This document shows positions 62,169 through 64,000 of a DNA stretch of 64,000 nucleotides, piece by piece. Location of the stretch: the NCBI GenBank assembly GCA_910585255.1, contig CAJUEI010000003.1, forward strand, positions 2,782-66,781, in the 5' to 3' direction. The DNA comes from an uncultured Lachnospiraceae bacterium. Lineage in GTDB: Bacteria > Bacillota > Clostridia > Lachnospirales > Lachnospiraceae. A model generated the notes under the pieces. That model did no database searches. It was not told where the DNA came from and saw nothing but the letters and a program-made list of their open reading frames with translations. Numbering within the stretch: the first letter of the stretch is position 1; each line of letters opens with the position of its first letter. Position numbers and translations under genes: made by a program.

Positions 62169-63764
62169 ATGGGAATTTATCTGAATCCAGGAAATGAAGC
62201 GTTTCAAATTTCAATTGCTAGTGAGATATATGTAGATAAGACAGAAATGATTTCTTTTGTTAATAAAAGATTAGGACAAGAGAAGAGATTTTTGTGTGTA
62301 AGCAGACCACGTAGATTTGGAAAGTCTATGGCAGCAAATATGCTTTGTGCTTATTATGATAGAGAATGTGATTCCAAGGAATTGTTTAAAAGGTTCAGTA
62401 TAGCAAAAGAGATTTCTTTTGAACAACATCTTAATCAATATGATGTAATTTTTTTAAATATTCGGCAATTGATACATACAGCTGATAAGATAGAAAATTT
62501 AGTTGATACAATAGAAGGACAAGTTTTAGAAGAGATAAAAGAGAACTATAAAGAATTTTTAAATGATTCCATTACAACTTTACCACTTGCACTTACTACT
62601 ATTTTTACAAAAGAGAGCAGATTAAAAAAAGGATTTATATTTATTGTGGATGAATGGGACTGCATTTTTCGTGAAGCAAAAGAAAATGTACAAGTTCAAA
62701 AAAAATATTTAGATTTTCTACAAGATTTATTTAAAGATCGGACTTATGTAAAATTAGTGTATATGACAGGTATTTTACCTATAAAAAAGTATGGAACACA
62801 TTCTGCACTTAATATTTTTGATGAGTTTTCTATGACAGCACCAAAAAAATTAGCAAAATATGTTGGTTTTACAGAGGAGGAAGTAAAGGAATTATGTTAT
62901 ACTTTTTCCATGAATTTTGAAGATATGAAACGTTGGTATGATGGATATCATTTAAGACAAGGTATTCATATCTATAATCCTAAATCAATAGTGGATGCTA
63001 TTATGGAAGAGGAAATTCATAGTTATTGGAATAATACAGAAACTTATGAGGCACTTAAGATTTATATTGATATGAATTTTTCTGATTTAAAAAACTCTGT
63101 GATAACTTTATTAGGAGGAGGAAAATGTAAAATTAATTCAAGAAAATTTCAGAATGATATGACAAGTTTTGAAAGTAAAGATGATATTTTTACACTTTTG
63201 GTACATTTAGGTTATCTCTCTTTTGATGAAGAAACACAAGAAGTTTGTATTCCTAATCAAGAAATTGGAGAGGAGTTTAAGAATGTGATAGAAGGAGAAA
63301 GTGGATGGGGAATATTAGCGGATATGTTACAATATTCAGAAAAATTATTAGAAGCAACCTTACGTCATGATACAAATATAGTAACAAGCATATTAAATAA
63401 AGTTCATGTGGAACAAACTTCTGTTTTATCTTATAATGACGAGAATTCTTTAAGTTGTGTAATAACACTTGCTTATTTTAGTGCGAAAAAAGATTATATA
63501 TTTATAAGAGAGTTTCCTACAGGAAAAGGATTTGCAGATATAGTGTTGCTTCCACGTAAACAGTCAGATAAACCAGCAATAGTGATAGAATTGAAGTGGA
63601 ATCATTCTGTTAATGGAGCGATTCAGCAGATAAAGGAAAAAGCATATATTTCGGCATTGGAAAATTATACAGGAGAAATTTTGCTTGTTGGAATTAATTA
63701 TAGTAAGAAAACAAAAGAGCATCAATGTATAATAGAAACATATAAAAAAAGTAAAGGAAAATAA
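62169..63764 (+). CDS. AAA-ATPase-like N-domain fused to a PD-(D/E)xK nuclease-like C-domain (the family formerly named DUF1703)
   Basis: The N-terminal YVDKTEMI...VSRPRRFGKSM is a P-loop. The C-terminal GKGFADIVLLP...AIVIELKW is a D...E-x-K motif. RBS AAAGGAGG. Confidence 0.7.
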   Translation: MGIYLNPGNEAFQISIASEIYVDKTEMISFVNKRLGQEKRFLCVSRPRRFGKSMAANMLCAYYDRECDSKELFKRFSIAKEISFEQHLNQYDVIFLNIRQLIHTADKIENLVDTIEGQVLEEIKENYKEFLNDSITTLPLALTTIFTKESRLKKGFIFIVDEWDCIFREAKENVQVQKKYLDFLQDLFKDRTYVKLVYMTGILPIKKYGTHSALNIFDEFSMTAPKKLAKYVGFTEEEVKELCYTFSMNFEDMKRWYDGYHLRQGIHIYNPKSIVDAIMEEEIHSYWNNTETYEALKIYIDMNFSDLKNSVITLLGGGKCKINSRKFQNDMTSFESKDDIFTLLVHLGYLSFDEETQEVCIPNQEIGEEFKNVIEGESGWGILADMLQYSEKLLEATLRHDTNIVTSILNKVHVEQTSVLSYNDENSLSCVITLAYFSAKKDYIFIREFPTGKGFADIVLLPRKQSDKPAIVIELKWNHSVNGAIQQIKEKAYISALENYTGEILLVGINYSKKTKEHQCIIETYKKSKGK

Positions 63765-63768
63765 TAGA

Positions 63769-63810
63769 AAATCCCTGCATATTATTTAAAAAATAAAGAT
63801 GCAGGGATTT
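63769..63810. terminator. Hairpin between convergent genes; on the minus strand it is followed by a T-run
   Basis: AAATCCCTGCAT ... ATGCAGGGATTT. On the minus strand it is followed by TTTTCT. Confidence 0.55.
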
Positions 63811-63823
63811 AAAAATATCAATA

Positions 63824-64000
63824 TTATAGTTTGAAATTTTTTCGAGGATGTTTTGTGGTTAATATATCTTTTTGTTTAGCCATAGCTACATGAGTATAAA
63901 TTTGTGTTACACTGATAGAACTGTGTCCAAGCATTTCTTGAATATAACGGATATCTACATCAGCTTCTAATAGGTAAGTAGCAAAGGAGTGGCGAAACAT
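63824..64000 (-). CDS. 3' end of a tyrosine site-specific recombinase/integrase (XerC/D-like); it continues beyond the window and is absent from the ORF track
   Basis: My translation of the reverse complement reads [58 protein letters not shown]-stop. It contains the RHSFAT (H-x-x-R), LGH and catalytic Y (IYTHV) box II motifs. Confidence 0.8.
   Translation of the reverse strand: MFRHSFATYLLEADVDIRYIQEMLGHSSISVTQIYTHVAMAKQKDILTTKHPRKNFKL

Overview
The window looks like a Firmicutes chromosome segment, probably Clostridia/Lachnospiraceae; that assignment is inferred from protein families and flagellin sequence, not from a search. Almost all genes are on the + strand.

**Gene content by region**
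- nt 1-5.2 kb: an amidohydrolase 3' end, an RNase H1, a TPR-nucleotidyltransferase fusion and a membrane foldase-like protein.
- nt 5.6-24.7 kb: a cell-envelope glycan locus. It holds an XRE regulator, a thiamine-diphosphate (TPP) enzyme plus a short-chain dehydrogenase/reductase (SDR), six family-2/family-4 glycosyltransferases (GT2/GT4), a flippase, a polytopic membrane protein, a CsbB-YfhO pair, a priming phosphotransferase and an LCP ligase.
- nt 25.2-27.5 kb: recQ.
- nt 27.5-35.2 kb: flagellar filament genes (flaG-fliD-fliS, an FlgN-like gene, a 1009-aa giant flagellin and a canonical 402-aa flagellin). Two of these units have near-consensus sigma-28 promoters.
- nt 35.2-61.4 kb: a large flagellin-glycosylation-type island.
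- Window end: an AAA-ATPase/PD-(D/E)xK protein and the 3' end of a tyrosine recombinase that is missing from the ORF track.

**Main leads**
1. An acyl-carrier-protein-centred module with no ketosynthase lies inside the flagellin glycosylation island. It has 2 carrier proteins, 3 FabZ-like, FabG-like, FabK-like, a NeuB-family synthase, an acetolactate-synthase-like TPP enzyme, a split transketolase, a radical SAM enzyme and FkbM methyltransferases. A LuxC/LuxE/AMP-ligase set lies upstream. The module is arranged as two divergent operons.
2. A 41-bp inverted repeat pair (38/41 matching) brackets 115 bp between those two operons. It is either an invertible promoter or a duplicated operator.
3. 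The giant flagellin contains 10 cysteines; the canonical flagellin contains none.
4. Three copies of a ~243-nt hairpin-forming intergenic element punctuate the glycan locus. Their inner helices differ between copies by compensatory base changes.

Base composition drops sharply at about nt 27.5 kb, judged by eye and by hand counts. I recognised no rRNA, tRNA, CRISPR array or transposase.
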